A DNA stretch of 63,218 nt, counting the filler, from Octopus bimaculoides (lineage: Eukaryota): assembly GCF_001194135.2 (NCBI RefSeq). It is 5 parts of 4 records of this genome, joined end to end, with 100 filler letters (N's around TTAATTAATTAA, not from the genome) between each part and the next. Parts side by side here need not be neighbours in the genome. Positions count along the whole stretch, not along the records: positions 19,183 to 45,891 come from NC_068984.1; 4 more parts are not named here. The stretch is one strand, 5' to 3'. Below are positions 25,646 to 40,120 of the stretch, in pieces. The notes beneath the pieces are model-generated. The model saw only the letters and a program-made list of their open reading frames with translations. It had not been told where the DNA came from and searched no databases. Both the position numbers and the translations under genes were made by a program. The first letter of the stretch is position 1; each line of letters starts with the position of its first letter.

Positions 25646-26542
25646 CACACAAAAATGTGCGTGTGTATGTGTATGCATACGTGTGTTCGTGTGGGTATCT
25701 CTATGAACTGAAATCAGGTATTGCTTCAAAAACATAGTCTGTGATTGTTAAGAAGCATAACATAGCGAATCGATAAATAGAGATTAGCAACCAATCTGAA
25801 ATAAATACAAGGTTTCATATGAATCGATCATAACCTTGAAGCTGGTGCTCCAGCCTTGTCGCAGACTAATGACTGAATCCAATGAAATATTTAGGGAACA
25901 AGAGAAAAAATTGAGGTTGCAGTTTAAAAAAGCTATCACCTTTCATCGTGTGTGTGTGTGTGTGTGTGGTTGATAAGTTCGTTTCGTAACTATGAGGCAC
26001 TTAGCAAAAATTTCTTCAGTTAAAGTTTCGCGTTCACTATCAATAAAATTTGGTGGACTGAAACTAAAGAGAATCTGTAAAATTTGTTATAACCACACCC
26101 GACAGGCTTCTGTACAGTTTCCGTGGTAGATTTAGGTAGACAACCATTTTAGCGCCGTAATCTGCCCTCGGCTGTTTTCAGATGAAGACACCTTGTTGGA
26201 AGTATGATCATGGGTAACATTATTCACCTCTACATTAACAAGGAAAAGCAACAACTCTTAGCTTAGAAAGCCTCTAGCCTGTCTACTCGAACACGGCACC
26301 CCTGTATGTGATATTTGTGTATATGAGTATATATCGGTCTTTATAATAGATGTGTTTTATTGTAATGTATATGATATAGCCGTATATATTTATATATACT
26401 CTGTCATAGACAGGGACACAATGATTTGTGTAAACAAAAGAAGAATAAAGAGTTTTATGTAATCAATCAAAATTTAGCTGGTTTTAGCCAGAGTAGATGT
26501 AATTTCCCAACACAATAGAATCAGAAAATTGACGTTCGTCTT

Positions 26543-26609
<67 letters not shown>

Positions 26610-26918
26610 TAAATACATATAATTATGTATGTATGAACGTGTTTGATGTGCTTATGTATATGTATGTATACACACACATACACAAACAAACACACAAACA
26701 CACACATCTATATGCATATAAATTGATCTAGCTCTCTATATATACTGATATATTGATATATGAATACATCAATCAAGCAATAAGCAGATACACGCATACA
26801 TTTACACACGCACGCACACGCACACACACATACACACACACACATACACACATATATGCACACATATAGATTTACGTAAATATATGTATATATACGTATA
26901 TTTATGCATACATATAAC

Positions 26919-26977
<59 letters not shown>

Positions 26978-27585
26978 ATACGAACACACAGTACTGTGTT
27001 TGTTCGTATGGGCAAAGTTTCAACATTAAATAATGTGCTCAATACATCAGGAAATAGAGTTAAATACGTTTGTATATTAATGGGTGTCTTACACAGTTAC
27101 AATTCCGTTTCACACATTATTGTTATAGTTTTTAGAAAGCCAATAGCGAAATCAATTTGGAATCTGAATAAATATTGTATTGAAATAATATAAGAAGGAA
27201 GAAAAAGGAAGGAGAGAGGCGGAAGGGAGAGGGGAGGGATCAAGAGGGAGGAGATTTGATGAAGAGAAGAAGGAACTGCAGCTTAGGTTGATTGTATTGG
27301 TAGAGTGGCAGTGATTGGAGGCACGATAATGGAGGGAATATTGGTGTTGAGCAGGTGCTAAGTGCGAAGAATTTTGCGGCTGACGATGTGGTGTGAAGAC
27401 TTTAGAGTTAACATTGTTTTTGCTCGAAAGAGAGGAGGATGTCTTTCATCCTACACATTCCCTTCGCACTAACATACATATGCTCATATACTCATGTAGG
27501 CTCATATTTGTACACACGCATATACACACATACGCATATTTATATATATATTATATTTGTCTGTACGAATCGATAAGCACCCTCC

Positions 27586-27691
<106 letters not shown>

Positions 27692-27970
27692 GATATATAT
27701 TATATATATATATATGTGTGTATGTATATATATATATTGTTTGTGTGTGTGTACTCATATATTTATATATATATATACACACATTACGTAACCAAACCCG
27801 CACATGTACATGTAATCGTATGCATTCGATGCAGATATGCATAATTTACATTCTCATGTACGTGTACATACATACACATATATGCATACATGTACCCTTA
27901 CACAATTGTATGCATGTATGTAAATATATTTGTGTATGTATATGTATACACACATTTATATATATATATA

Positions 27971-28012
<42 letters not shown>

Positions 28013-28094
28013 TATACATACATATTGTTCTTTAGAGATACATACACACAAGCGTACATGTATACACCTTCATTCATAAAAGAATATATATCTT

Positions 28095-28180
<86 letters not shown>

Positions 28181-29722
28181 AATACGTTGAAATATATAGG
28201 CAAACGCAAATACATCTGGTCCTCTGTCTATTTGGCGATCATTAAATACATAAATCAACTTTGTTCTTATTTGCAGTCCTTTCACGCACCAATGTACAAA
28301 ATTACAAGTTCATATCAATTTGTAAATATTGAAAGAAGACCACATAAAAAAATAATAAATTGAATAGAAATTTAAAATAGAAAACAAGAGAAAAACAGAA
28401 TAGAAAGATTAGATAATTAATATAAATATAATAAAAATTAACATTATGTATTGCCAAGACGGTACATAGAAGCGGCTGCCTACAAACCCAATATTATACA
28501 TGTACAGACTCAAACGTATGTTTGCATATTTGTACCCAGATGGGTGTGTTAAAAATCAAATTAAGTGAATACAATGGTATATTTGTCCACGCAATTATAC
28601 GGGTATATCAATATAGTAACTATTTATTGTCGTGAGAGTAAGGCAGAAAGTTTGTACAATAAGAGTAGAAATACTTCAACTTGTGGAAATGTTTTCACAG
28701 AGATCTCTAGGGACACGGGATTAGTACAAAATTTTAAATTTATAAATTAAAACAGAAGTTTTAATTTATCCTTGGATTTATGTTAATAGTCTATACTATC
28801 TAAAAGAATTTATAGTTTTGTGAATGCGTGAAGCAGTTCTGTATCAACTTTTGTAGACGGTGGAGGGAAGATTTTGTGCTATTTTGTTTCATATTTTCGA
28901 TTGTACGAACGTTACATGGTTTTTATTTTCCAGAATATGGGTATCTTTCATAAAATATATCTCATGTGGTGTTTCACATTAGAATGCGGTGCACTTTCTT
29001 CTAAAGGTGTTTTAGAACCTTTAGTTTTGCTGAATAGAATCTATTTAGAAAAAAAGTTGGAGGTAAGTCCTATGTCTACTATAAATATTTCTTTAGTGAA
29101 CATTGATTTATATTTTCTGTTCGGAAATTGGATTGAAGAGGGGCATATATTCAAAATTAGGTAGTGTTAGTATCAGTTTAGGGAGGTTTGAAAACGCTAA
29201 GTTTTAGGAAAAGTTAGTAGTAGTGGAAAAAGAGATGTTAATGGTGTTGCTATTGAATATTTAGTGGCATGTGTATTAATACTGTGGCACTTTTCTTAAC
29301 AAATCGAAAGTAAAAAGTAGCTACGAGGATAAAAAGAGGCTTGAAGAAATTAATATCTTCCTATATATGTTTATAAATCTGTGATACAGCGCATTGCTTT
29401 TGGAGATTATTTTACAATAAAAATGGTCCTTAAATGTGGAGTATGGTTGTTTGAGTGGAAGTGGCTCTGTTCTATCCAATGTGTAAGAACATATCCGGAT
29501 ATTTTTCTCTTGGTTGTTCATTACATTTATGGTGATCTCTTTAGTTTTCGTGAAAGTTTAAGCAATGACTGAATGGAGAGGTCTGTCGTAACTCACAGAG
29601 TTAATGTACTATTAGTATATTAATACAAGAATCATTGCAGTGTTACTGATACGAAAGGATACCTTACGTTATAATAACAATACATAATCATATTTATCTA
29701 AGTTTTCAACTGTCTATTTATT

Positions 29723-29754
<32 letters not shown>

Positions 29755-29827
29755 TAAAACACACACATATGCACACACACACACACATGTATACATACAT
29801 ATATATATACGTACGTGTGTCTTTGTC

Positions 29828-30010
29828 TGCCCCCACTACTGTTTGACAACTGGTGTTCATGTGGTTACGTCCCCGTAACTTAACAGTTCAGCAAAAAGCA
29901 CCGATAGAATAAGTACTAGGTTTAAAAAACAATAATTTCTCAGGTCGATATCCTTCAAGGCGGTGCCCCAGCATGGCTGCAGTAAAATGATTGAAACAAG
30001 TAAAAAGTTG
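29828..30010 (+). mobile_element. SINE D tail following a (CA)n microsatellite
   Basis: GTCCCCGTAACTTAACAGTTC...GGCGGTGCCCCAGCATGGCTGCAG...GAAACAAGTAAAA. Confidence 0.85.
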
Positions 30011-30269
30011 AGAAAAAAGCCCCAAAACGGGTAAAAATGTATGTCACCGCTAAAATCGTGGTCAGCATCAAATACTGTGGATCATTTTGGAACCGGAAGT
30101 TTGTAGAATAAAACTAGGAACGGGTTCTGAGACGGATTTTTCTTTTTATTTGGAAACAGTGGTATTTTGTGAGGTAATTTGTAGATACGATGGTGTGAAT
30201 GGTTAGGTGATTGTTGTGCTGAAAGGTAAGTGCTCCCTTCTGTGATCAGAAAAAATGTACAAAAGGAAA

Positions 30270-30410
30270 GAGAAATAATAAAGATGGATAAGTTTCATTT
30301 GTCAGGCGCGAATTTGTGTTTGTTAAAATGGCGTTCATTGTTGCATAAAGAAATCTTATTCAGAAAGGTCAAGAAGGCTATTAACAAGCGAAGAACCTAT
30401 GTGTCAGAAA
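30270..30410 (+). repeat. Unclassified dispersed repeat; second copy at about 34140-34275
   Basis: Shared GGATAAGTTT..TTTGTCAGGCG.GAAT.TGTG.TTGTTAAAATG...GTTGCATAAAGAAATCTTATT...AAGCGAAGAAC. Confidence 0.8.
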
Positions 30411-30696
30411 TAATAGCACCGACCATTTGTAGGAATTTGATGTTTTTCAGCGAATAAATTAGTTATGGCAGGTGAGTGTGGAAGGTAGGTGGAGTTGTGA
30501 GCAGTGTAGAGCTAGGGGTTTAAAATATGAGCGTTAGCATGCATTAGAAGAGGAAGGAAGAGGGGAAGATGGAGTGAGTATGGTCGTGCATATGGGAGGT
30601 GGAGGAGATGGGGTGCGTATAGTCAGGTACAGAAGAATGGTCATTGAGGAAAAACGGAGAGGGGAGAGAGAATGTAAATAGTAGAACAACATGCAT

Positions 30697-30777
<81 letters not shown>

Positions 30778-30900
30778 GAGTGAGAATTAATAATCGATAG
30801 GCAGATGCATGCATGTATATATATATGTGTGTGTGTGTATGTATATACATATATATATACATATGTATACATATATATACACACACACAAACATACGCAC

Positions 30901-30941
<41 letters not shown>

Positions 30942-31349
30942 CACATATAGGTGTGAAAGTGCGTGTGTAAAGATATATATATATATATGTTTCAAGGATT
31001 GAATGAAAATATAAGAAACGGAAAATTCCTACCTATTTCCTCATCAGTCAACCTTCCAAAACATCAGAATAGTTTCGCGCCGTTATCATTGAGATATTCC
31101 CTAACATAGTTAATTACTTGGTAGTGACTTTAGAAGGTTAATGCTGCCGAATTGTTCAAGCTAATTGTTTAGATATTTGCATCAGGTGCACAAGGGAACG
31201 ATGAAGAGCCGAAGTACTTTAAGACTTTTCGTTAAAACCGTAATAACGGCACGTGACTATTGTTAATCGTTTTAAAAGATCTTTTGTTGGTTTCAGCCAG
31301 TGGCTGACGCCATGCTGGAGCACCATCCTTCAGGGTGTTTGGATTTCTT

Positions 31350-31800
31350 TTCTCAACAGTTTCTGGTGAAGTAACGAGTTAGATGGAGCTGCTTTTCTTT
31401 GTGCCTCCAGCCATGGTGCAGGTTCAACTGACATCTCAGATAAAACTTTGTTCAGACGCTGTTTACAGCTTGAAAATCTCTGAGGTTATTCAGTAGAATG
31501 GTGAATAGTTGTGGACCCTTAAAACCCAAACTGTTACGGTACTGGGTCCTAATTGTAGATGAGAGCTCTGGTACTACGCAATGCCATGCTCTTCGGTTGC
31601 TAATATTTAGTAAAAGGAGAAAGATTTATCCGTTCGGGGTGAGAAGAAACCAGAGTGTATACAGCTTTGAATTCCAAAGTTTGGAGTCAGACCTTCCAGA
31701 ATCTTCCATATGTATATCACTCTATGTCTTTCACGCTTTCTCTCTAGGGAGCAAAGCTTCAGTTCCTTTAGTCTCAGCCAGTAGCTCCTCTGTTTCACCG
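31350..31800 (-). mobile_element. CR1-group LINE, 3' end of ORF2
   Basis: SYWLRLKELKLCSLERKRERHRVIYIWKILEGLTPNFGI, then NSLGFKGPQLF..L...LRD and PSNSLLHQ across frameshifts. Confidence 0.85.
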
Positions 31801-32914
31801 AATCAATCTTTTCTAAAACAGTTATTTCAGAATGCCAGGGTCAATGCAATGAATCACATTTAAAAAAAATATTCTTTCCAAATATTTGTTAAAATTTCTT
31901 TAAAATCATTGAAAATGTTTCCTTAGCCATAATTTTCGATGTCTAAGAGACCACGGACAACAGTAAAATACATTATTGTTATTTATGTATTATTTTCCTC
32001 TGTCAAAATATTTACATTTAATTCTTTTGCTTTCCGAAATTGATGAATGATTGCTTTTATATAGATACAGTGTAAAGAAATAAATACATAATTTTTGGCA
32101 AACAAATTTCATAAAAGATTTGGCTCGTCGTTTTTAATAATTGTGCTCACAATTATATAGAATAATTGAAAGGTTCTGCTATGATTATATTAAGTGAAAA
32201 GAAAGGCTATGCGAAAAAAGAAAACACATTTTACTTGAATTTTTCGTTTGGCACAGAAAGTCACGGCGACTATTTTGGAAAATTACTAGGATATCATTTT
32301 GCTTGATTTTCGGTAGAATGGCTAGGAAGAGACCGAGCAAGAATCTGAACGCGATTCCCGCTCACCAATACAATACGCGACTACACAGATCTTTGGTAAC
32401 AAATCTGGCAATCGATGAATTGGGCCGGACAGTGATTCCCTATTCATGAATATAGTGACCACCTCAAACTATTTATGGATATCTTTCAGTTATTCATCAA
32501 TTTTAAAAACTGCATTATGAGCAGACGTGTTCCCTGCTTTTGTGTGTTCTACATGTATGATATTTAAAAATATTATAACTAGTTTTCTTGGAAACCAATC
32601 AAATCTCAATGACTAATCATACATCAAAATATTTACGAATATTTGTCCCTTTTCAAGCATATGAATAATCGGTAGCGTGAAATACAAAATAACTAGTTTA
32701 GAAGCTTCAGCTTCTCTTTACAGTAAACTCATGCATATTTTTTACATCCTCTACCAGAATTTATCTACAGATATAAATATATCACACACACACACATGTG
32801 TGCGCGCAACATATATATATATGTATGTGTGTATTCATGTGTATACATACATATGCACACATTGACACATGGACACACACATATATGTATGTGCATGCGT
32901 GCATATATATATAA

Positions 32915-32983
<69 letters not shown>

Positions 32984-34095
32984 CATATACATATATGTAT
33001 GCATGTATGTATGCATGTATGTGTGTGTATGTATGTATCTATATATGTATGCATGTATGTGTGTGTGTGTGTATGCATGTATGAATTCAATAACCACAAA
33101 AAAGCTAGGTTCATATTGACACTGGTTTCCGAACCTTGCAGGAAGATCAATGCTTCCCATAAATTTCTTTGTTTTTATTGGAATAAAACTCTCTTTCAAA
33201 CATCTTAAATGTAAATCTGCCATATTTCCACGTCTGTTTAGTTTGTGATAACTGATAACCACCTTCGCATGTACAGGCAGACAACCATACGCAACCTACT
33301 ACCAACCAATCGGATCCGTCCTCTCCTCTCTCCCTCCATTTATCAATATTTACAACTACAGAGCCTGCTATTCACCCATCAGGTGAAGCAAGCTGGTATT
33401 TATTTACTATTCCACTTAAATTTATGATAACAAAAATTTCATTGATGTCATGATAGACAAACGGTCGGTCTGTTTAAAACTACCAAAATGGCGACGCTTA
33501 AACGGTGCACCGATCTAATCACTTCGATGTGTTCTCTGCAATATTTTGATTGAAGAGCTCATTTTCTTTCGGAATTTTATTATTAAATTGTCATGTCTAT
33601 CTTCATAAATGGACTGAATTATCAATAAAATCCACATTTATACAAACCTGCCCCAAAATAAGTTTCCGTTGTCTATCGTTCACTCTCGTTCGGTTTCTGT
33701 TTCTGTGGAGAACGGAAAGGGAGAAAGACATATATCGGTTAATCTTGAATTCCCACAAACAGTAAGAATTGTCACGGTTGGAACGACGTTGGTCATTAGT
33801 TTTCTCGATCAAGATGCACCTGATCAGAAGCAACGAAAGGAGTAGAAATGCATCGTTATGTGAGTCAATGTAGTTAAGTGCTTCTCAAGCATTATTAACA
33901 AGTGGCCCCTGTTCTGTTTTTAACAAGTGCCCCCTTTCTTGTATTAGCATCCATCCAACGCTGCCTTGTTATCATTCTACAAAATAAAATACTTACCCGA
34001 AATTGGCTGCGTGCAGCGCCTTAACCGCTAGGACAAATGGTTAGTACGCGCTTCTGTGATTAGAAAACAGTACAAAAGAAGAGAGAGAGAAAGAA

Positions 34096-34130
<35 letters not shown>

Positions 34131-34274
34131 GAGAGAGAAATAAAGGTGGATAAGTTTAATTTGTCAGGCGTGAATCTGTGCTTGTTAAAATGATGTTCAG
34201 TGTTGCATAAAGAAATCTTATTGAGAATGGTTGAGAAGGTTATTAGAAAGCGAAGAACATTTGTATCGGAAAAA

Positions 34275-34611
34275 GGCAAAGTCGACCCAAGCGAAATTTG
34301 AACGTTAAGACAGACGAAGTGCCGAAAAGCATTTCTCCCAGCGAGCTAACCACTCTGCCAGTTCACCGCCTTAGTTTAGTGTCATATTATTCGTTTCTAC
34401 TCTAGGCACAAGGCCCGAAAATTTTGTGGAGGGGGTGGAGTCGATTAGATCGACCCCAGTACGCAACTGGTACTTAATTTATCGACTCCGAAAGGAAGAA
34501 AGGCAAAGTCGACTTCGGCGGAATTTGAACTCAGGACGTAAAGACAAATGAAACACCGCTAAGCATTTCGCCCGGCGTGCTAACCATTCTGCCAGTTCAC
34601 CTCATATTATT
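34275..34611 (-). mobile_element. SINE-A 5' half (34275-34372) and full SINE-A (34392-34611)
   Basis: Reverse-complement SINE-A motifs. Confidence 0.9.
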
Positions 34612-34994
34612 ATGAGCTCACTTCTCTCTTGCTTCATTGTTTCTTTCTTTTTCTTTTGATTTATATCATAAAACAGTCATCAATAAACCCTACCTTATGT
34701 TACTCTGCGTTCTGAGAATTAGATACCAGTAATATTCTGCGGTAGATTAAATCTACTATAAACCATCTTTTAAACGAAAAAAATAAATGAAAGTATCTCG
34801 TGGTTTAGAAACTGGTTAAGTGCATGAATTTACGCTTGAATGGTTTAAACCTTGACACAGACACATGTTTATTGGTTAAAATCTATGATTTATCGACATC
34901 GAGTGAACCCACAAAGTATTTGCCTGTAAAGTGTTGCCACGAGGTTAATTTCAAGAAAAAACCGATATTATTTTTTTTTTAAATCGATATAAGC

Positions 34995-35420
34995 GTGGGT
35001 GTGGCCGTGTGGTAAAATTTTGCTTCCCAATCACATGGTTACGGGTTCAGTCCCACTGTGTGGCATCTTGGGCAAGTGTCTTCTATTATAGCCTCGGGCC
35101 GAACAAAGCCTTGTGAGTAGATTTGGTAGACGGAAACTAAACAGAGCCGTCTACCAAATCAAGGCGGTGAGCTGGCAGAAACGTTAGCACTCCGGGCGAA
35201 GTGCTTAGCGGTACTTCGTCTGCCGTTACCTTCTGAGTTCGAATTCCGCCGAGGTCGACTTTGCCTTTTATCTTTTCGGGGTCGATAAATTAAGTACCAG
35301 TTACACACTGGGGTCGATGAAATCGACTTAATGCCTTTGTCTGTCCTTGTTTGTCCCCTCTATGTTTAGCCCCTTGTGGGCAATAAAGAAATAGGAAACT
35401 GAACGAAGCCCGTCATATGT
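34995..35420 (+). mobile_element. SINE C interrupted by a SINE-A variant (35161-35393) with TSD GGAAACT
   Basis: The SINE C sequence resumes at 35394 (GGAAACTGAACGAAGCCCGTC); the duplicated target is at 35132-35138. Confidence 0.85.
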
Positions 35421-35599
35421 ATACATACATACATACATATTGGGGCTCTGGGATATGTAACACACCGCCTAAATACCAATCTTTAGAAATTAGGCTTCTC
35501 AAATCCAGAAAGGAGAAAGCTGATTCGAAGACTGCAGACCCAATCCATCACTGGGACTGTTAAAATCTGTAAGATTTTGCAGAAGTTTATCATTCGTCA

Positions 35600-36254
35600 G
35601 GTGTTGAAGTGGTATTTCGCCTGTCTTTACGTTCAAATTCCGCCGAGGTAGACATTGCCTTTCATCTTTTGGGGGTCGATAAATTAACTACTAGTTGCAT
35701 ACTGTGGTCAAACTAATCGACTGGCCCCTCCTCCCCCAAAATTTTGGGCCTTGTGTCTATATTAGAAAAGAATATTTTCCGTCTCTTTTATAACTTGATT
35801 ATCCCAAGTAAGAATGTTTTCTTCGGATTATTTCTTTATTGAAAGAATTCTCTCTCATTTTGTCACGAGGCCAGATATTCTGAGGGCAGTGCGAAGCTGG
35901 TTGCATCGAACCCAGGATTAAACTAATACGTTGTTTCATCCAACCGAAAGGATGAGAGCAATTGAACTCAGAACTTGAAGAGATACCGCTAAGCGTTTTG
36001 TCTGAATATTACCACTTCGCCGCCTCATTGAAATAATAACTTTCTACTATAGGCACTAAGCGTGAAGTTTCAGGAATGAGTGTAGTCGATTACATCGATT
36101 CCCAGGACTCAATGGTAATTATTTTATCGACCCACAAAAGGAGGAAAAGCGAAGTCAGCCTCAGCAGAATTTGAACTCAGAACGTAAAAAACGGACGAGA
36201 TGGCGTTAAGTATTTCTGTCCGGTGCAGTAACGATTTCGCCAGCTCGCCGCCTT
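35600..36254. mobile_element. Cluster of SINE-A copies (35600-35775 +; about 35870-36020 -; 36040-36254 -)
   Basis: SINE-A motifs in both orientations. Confidence 0.8.
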
Positions 36255-36646
36255 CCGCATTGAAATAGTTATCGAAAATAAAGCTGATGAGGTATCAGCA
36301 ATCGCCAGAGGTGGTCTCCATAGAGAAATGATGTGAAATATATGAAATTATAGCAAGTTGTAGCCGAGCGGCAGTTATTTCTAATAAACAACAGTGATGG
36401 AAATAATAATAATAGCAATAAATATTTATCATAAATAAACTTAGATGAGACTCGTCTCCTTTATGTACCCCGGAGCCACATTTAACTTATTGTTTATGTC
36501 AGTGAGCGCGTCAGTTAAACAAAAATGGATTTCAGATTTCGTTTTTATAATTAAAGGTTGTTTAAAATGTCGATACGTTGCCGTACACCCAATTAAAAAG
36601 ACGTAAATTGCTTCTGAGTTTTAAAATATTCACCTCGCTCCTCAGA

Positions 36647-36713
<67 letters not shown>

Positions 36714-37141
36714 GTATGTACGTATGTATGTATGTATATACTAAAGAGTAGCTATGGTCTTATAGGTCAAAGCTCCTTTCTTGAAAAATGAGAAAATATT
36801 GATGTTATTTGGGAAGGAGGGGAAGAAAGTAGAAAAACATAAGAAAGAGAAGTACGTATACATACACACATACATATACATACATTCATTTATATCTTCT
36901 AATATTTATATATATTTATGTATAAATGTATATATGAATATATAAATGTATGTATGCATGCATATATATATATATAAACGTGTATGTATATATATGCATA
37001 CATATATATGTATATATATATATGTATATGTATATATATTCATATATATATGTGCATGCATATATACAAATAAAAAATACTATACATACATATATAATAT
37101 ACATATAAATACATATATGTATATATATATTTTATTGTAAC

Positions 37142-37181
<40 letters not shown>

Positions 37182-37228
37182 GTTACAACAAAATGAAGTA
37201 GAAGCAGAAAGTTAATAGAGGAATTGTA

Positions 37229-37229
37229 A

Positions 37230-37312
<83 letters not shown>
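37229..37312. repeat. (TAA)n microsatellite
   Basis: Directly visible. Confidence 0.98.
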
Positions 37313-37315
<3 letters not shown>

Positions 37316-38464
37316 CAGTAGTAACAACAATAACAACAACACTTATAATAATAAGGATACTGAAAGAAATAATATAGTAATATTGAAAAATAAAAGGAAA
37401 AAATGTAAAAAAAAAAAGAAAACAGAAATGTCGACATCTTTGATTCAGTGATTTTTGAAAGAAAGCCAAAATAAATGTTGTCTGAAGTGAACCTTCTTAG
37501 TTAATTGTAAGTTTATTTGATAAGAGAGTCAAAGCGATGAATAAATAAGTATTAAGAAGCGGTTGGGCACCATAACAAATTAAAACATTGTGTTAGCATT
37601 TGTGAGAAAAACATGGCAGACTTTGTAGCAGAGGGAATAATCTCTCTGTCCAGGTTGTCGGCGGGATGGGTTTGGGAAAACGCATTAGGTGGAGGCCATC
37701 TCTTTTAAACTGCCATCGTTAATATTTGTGGGAAAGCCATAAATGTAACAACAGCATTCTGTTATTATAATCCTTATGAGACTGATATCTCATTTTCTGG
37801 TTTGGTTTGTAAGATTCTTGATGTGAATTCTGAAACTAGAAAAGTGAAATAGAACCAGTGCATGTTTATTATTGACATAATGACCCTCACAAGATACAAA
37901 ACAAAACAAAAAGGAAATATAACATTGATGTTCCCTAGATACGTTAGAAACATCTATTAGTGCTAACGAGCAAACGAGGAAACATCTGCGTGGAAATTCT
38001 ACATGCTAGAAGAAGTAACGAAATATCTCTGAAATAACACCTTCGTTGTTGCTCGGTATAGCCATGAAAAGACAGGACGGTCACGATTGGAATACCTATG
38101 ATTAGAGGTCAGTTCGGTCAGGATTGAACTTAGGTTGAACAAAACCTACAATAACAAGAACTGCACACAACAGTCAAGCAAACGGAGGGCCTCAGCAAGC
38201 ACTCTCGATCTAAAAATCGCAGCCAAATGTCCCTCAAATAACAGAAAAGAAGAATGCAATAGATAATGTAGTCCTACATAAAGTATGTTTGAATGAAAGA
38301 TGTGATGGTCATGGCTAGAACGCCTGTAAACATAGACTTGTTAGGTAAGTATTAATATGGGGGTTCATTAACAGGATACGCATACACGATCTCTAGTTTC
38401 CATGACGTATAAAGAACCGAGACTACAACAACCTCCATGAGGCCAGTTGGTCGCAGGATTCAAG

Positions 38465-39070
38465 ACCAACAATTTTGAGGGGAGGGGACAAGTTGATTAT
38501 AGTGACTCCGTACTTTACTTCATCGACCATCGGTAGGATGAAAGTCAAATATGAACTCAACGGTATTTGAACTCAGAATGTTAAGAACACAATGAAAGCT
38601 TTCTGTCTGACTTGCCAACGATTCTGCCAGCTCGCCTTACATATATCTGTCTGCCTGTCCGTCCGTCCGTCTGTCCGTCCGTCCGTCCGTCCGTTCTTCC
38701 GCCTTGTCCGTCTGTATGTATGTATGTATGTATGTATGTATGTATGTATGTATGTATGTATGTTCGTATGTATGTTCGTATGTATGTATGCATGTATGTA
38801 TGTGTGTATGTATGTCATTATTCAGTTTATTTCAAAATTTCTTGCCAATAGAGAAAGAACCGGTTTCTAACCTAGTTTCAAGCCTCCCTCATTGGAATTT
38901 CAACATCAACAACAAGGTATGTATGTATGTATGTATGTATGTATGCATGTATGTATGTATGTATGCATGTACGTATATATGTATGTGTGTGTGTATGTAT
39001 GTATGTATGTATGTATGTATGTATGTATATGTGTATGTATGTATATATGTATGTATGAATGTATGTATGT
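38465..39070. repeat. SINE-A (38465-38639, minus strand) followed by (CCGT)n and (TATG)n microsatellites
   Basis: Directly visible. Confidence 0.85.
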
Positions 39071-40120
39071 GTGCATGTATATTCGTGTGTGTATGTTGGT
39101 AAAAGCTATTTATTGTTTGATTATAGGTTAATGTCACATCGAGTCTTGAATGGAACATCTGTTTTAGTCTGCTTACGCGAATAATGCCATTGGGAAAGGC
39201 ATAACACCACAACATCTCATTTCCACTGTCTTAAAACAAGGTTTGGTGGCTACAAGCTACACGATTCGTTTTGACTAAACATAAAAACAACCGTCGAAAA
39301 GAATGCGAGTTTTTTTTCCCCCTCTGTGAATTACTGGTATTTAGAGAGGGTTTAAATGTAAAGCTAAACACGACAGGATATAAATTAAAATTCGAAACTG
39401 AGAGAGATGCAATTGAATAAACCTCAACATTTTCCCGCTTCCAATATCACAATTGTTTGGTTTGGCCTTTTTTCATTGTGGTTACAGTTTTACAGACACA
39501 GTTACTTAACCACCTCTGCTGCCCCAGGGCTATTTTCAGAAGCAAATGCCTAGCTCCTTTTACACGACGAAGGAAAGACCAGTCAGTATGTTCGCAGTAG
39601 CCATAGAACTGCTAGGAATGCCAGATGCTGGTTAAATATAACCCTATACGTCTACTTTAGTGTTCCTTCTTCAGCGTTTTCTGTCGGAGGTTACACCCAT
39701 AGCATTTTTTAAATGCCCAATAAATTTTCCTCCAAAGCAAATTCCTTTTACAGTGGGGCATAGCTTGTGCAGAGCCAGTCTTACTTTCTTGTTCTTCAAA
39801 CTGGTGTTCACCCAGTGAATGCAGGATGCAGGATTTGTATAGATTTATCTCCTCTTAGATGAGTAGCTAAAGAGCTGAAGGGCCTCATCTGTCCTGATTT
39901 CGTTAGGGTGCCTGTGAGTGACCTTCCAGAAGTCACTCACAGATGTGCTAATTAACCTATAGTTGGGACCTTGCCAGGTGTTATTGCTCCGGGTCAAAAT
40001 ACACCTAGGAACAATGGCTAAGGGATGGTTGCACACTCCTCAAAACCTAGAGCTCCCGGACCAGTGGCCCTCAACCAGACACAGTTTAAGGTCATACGCA
40101 GGAATAATATCACAATTAAC

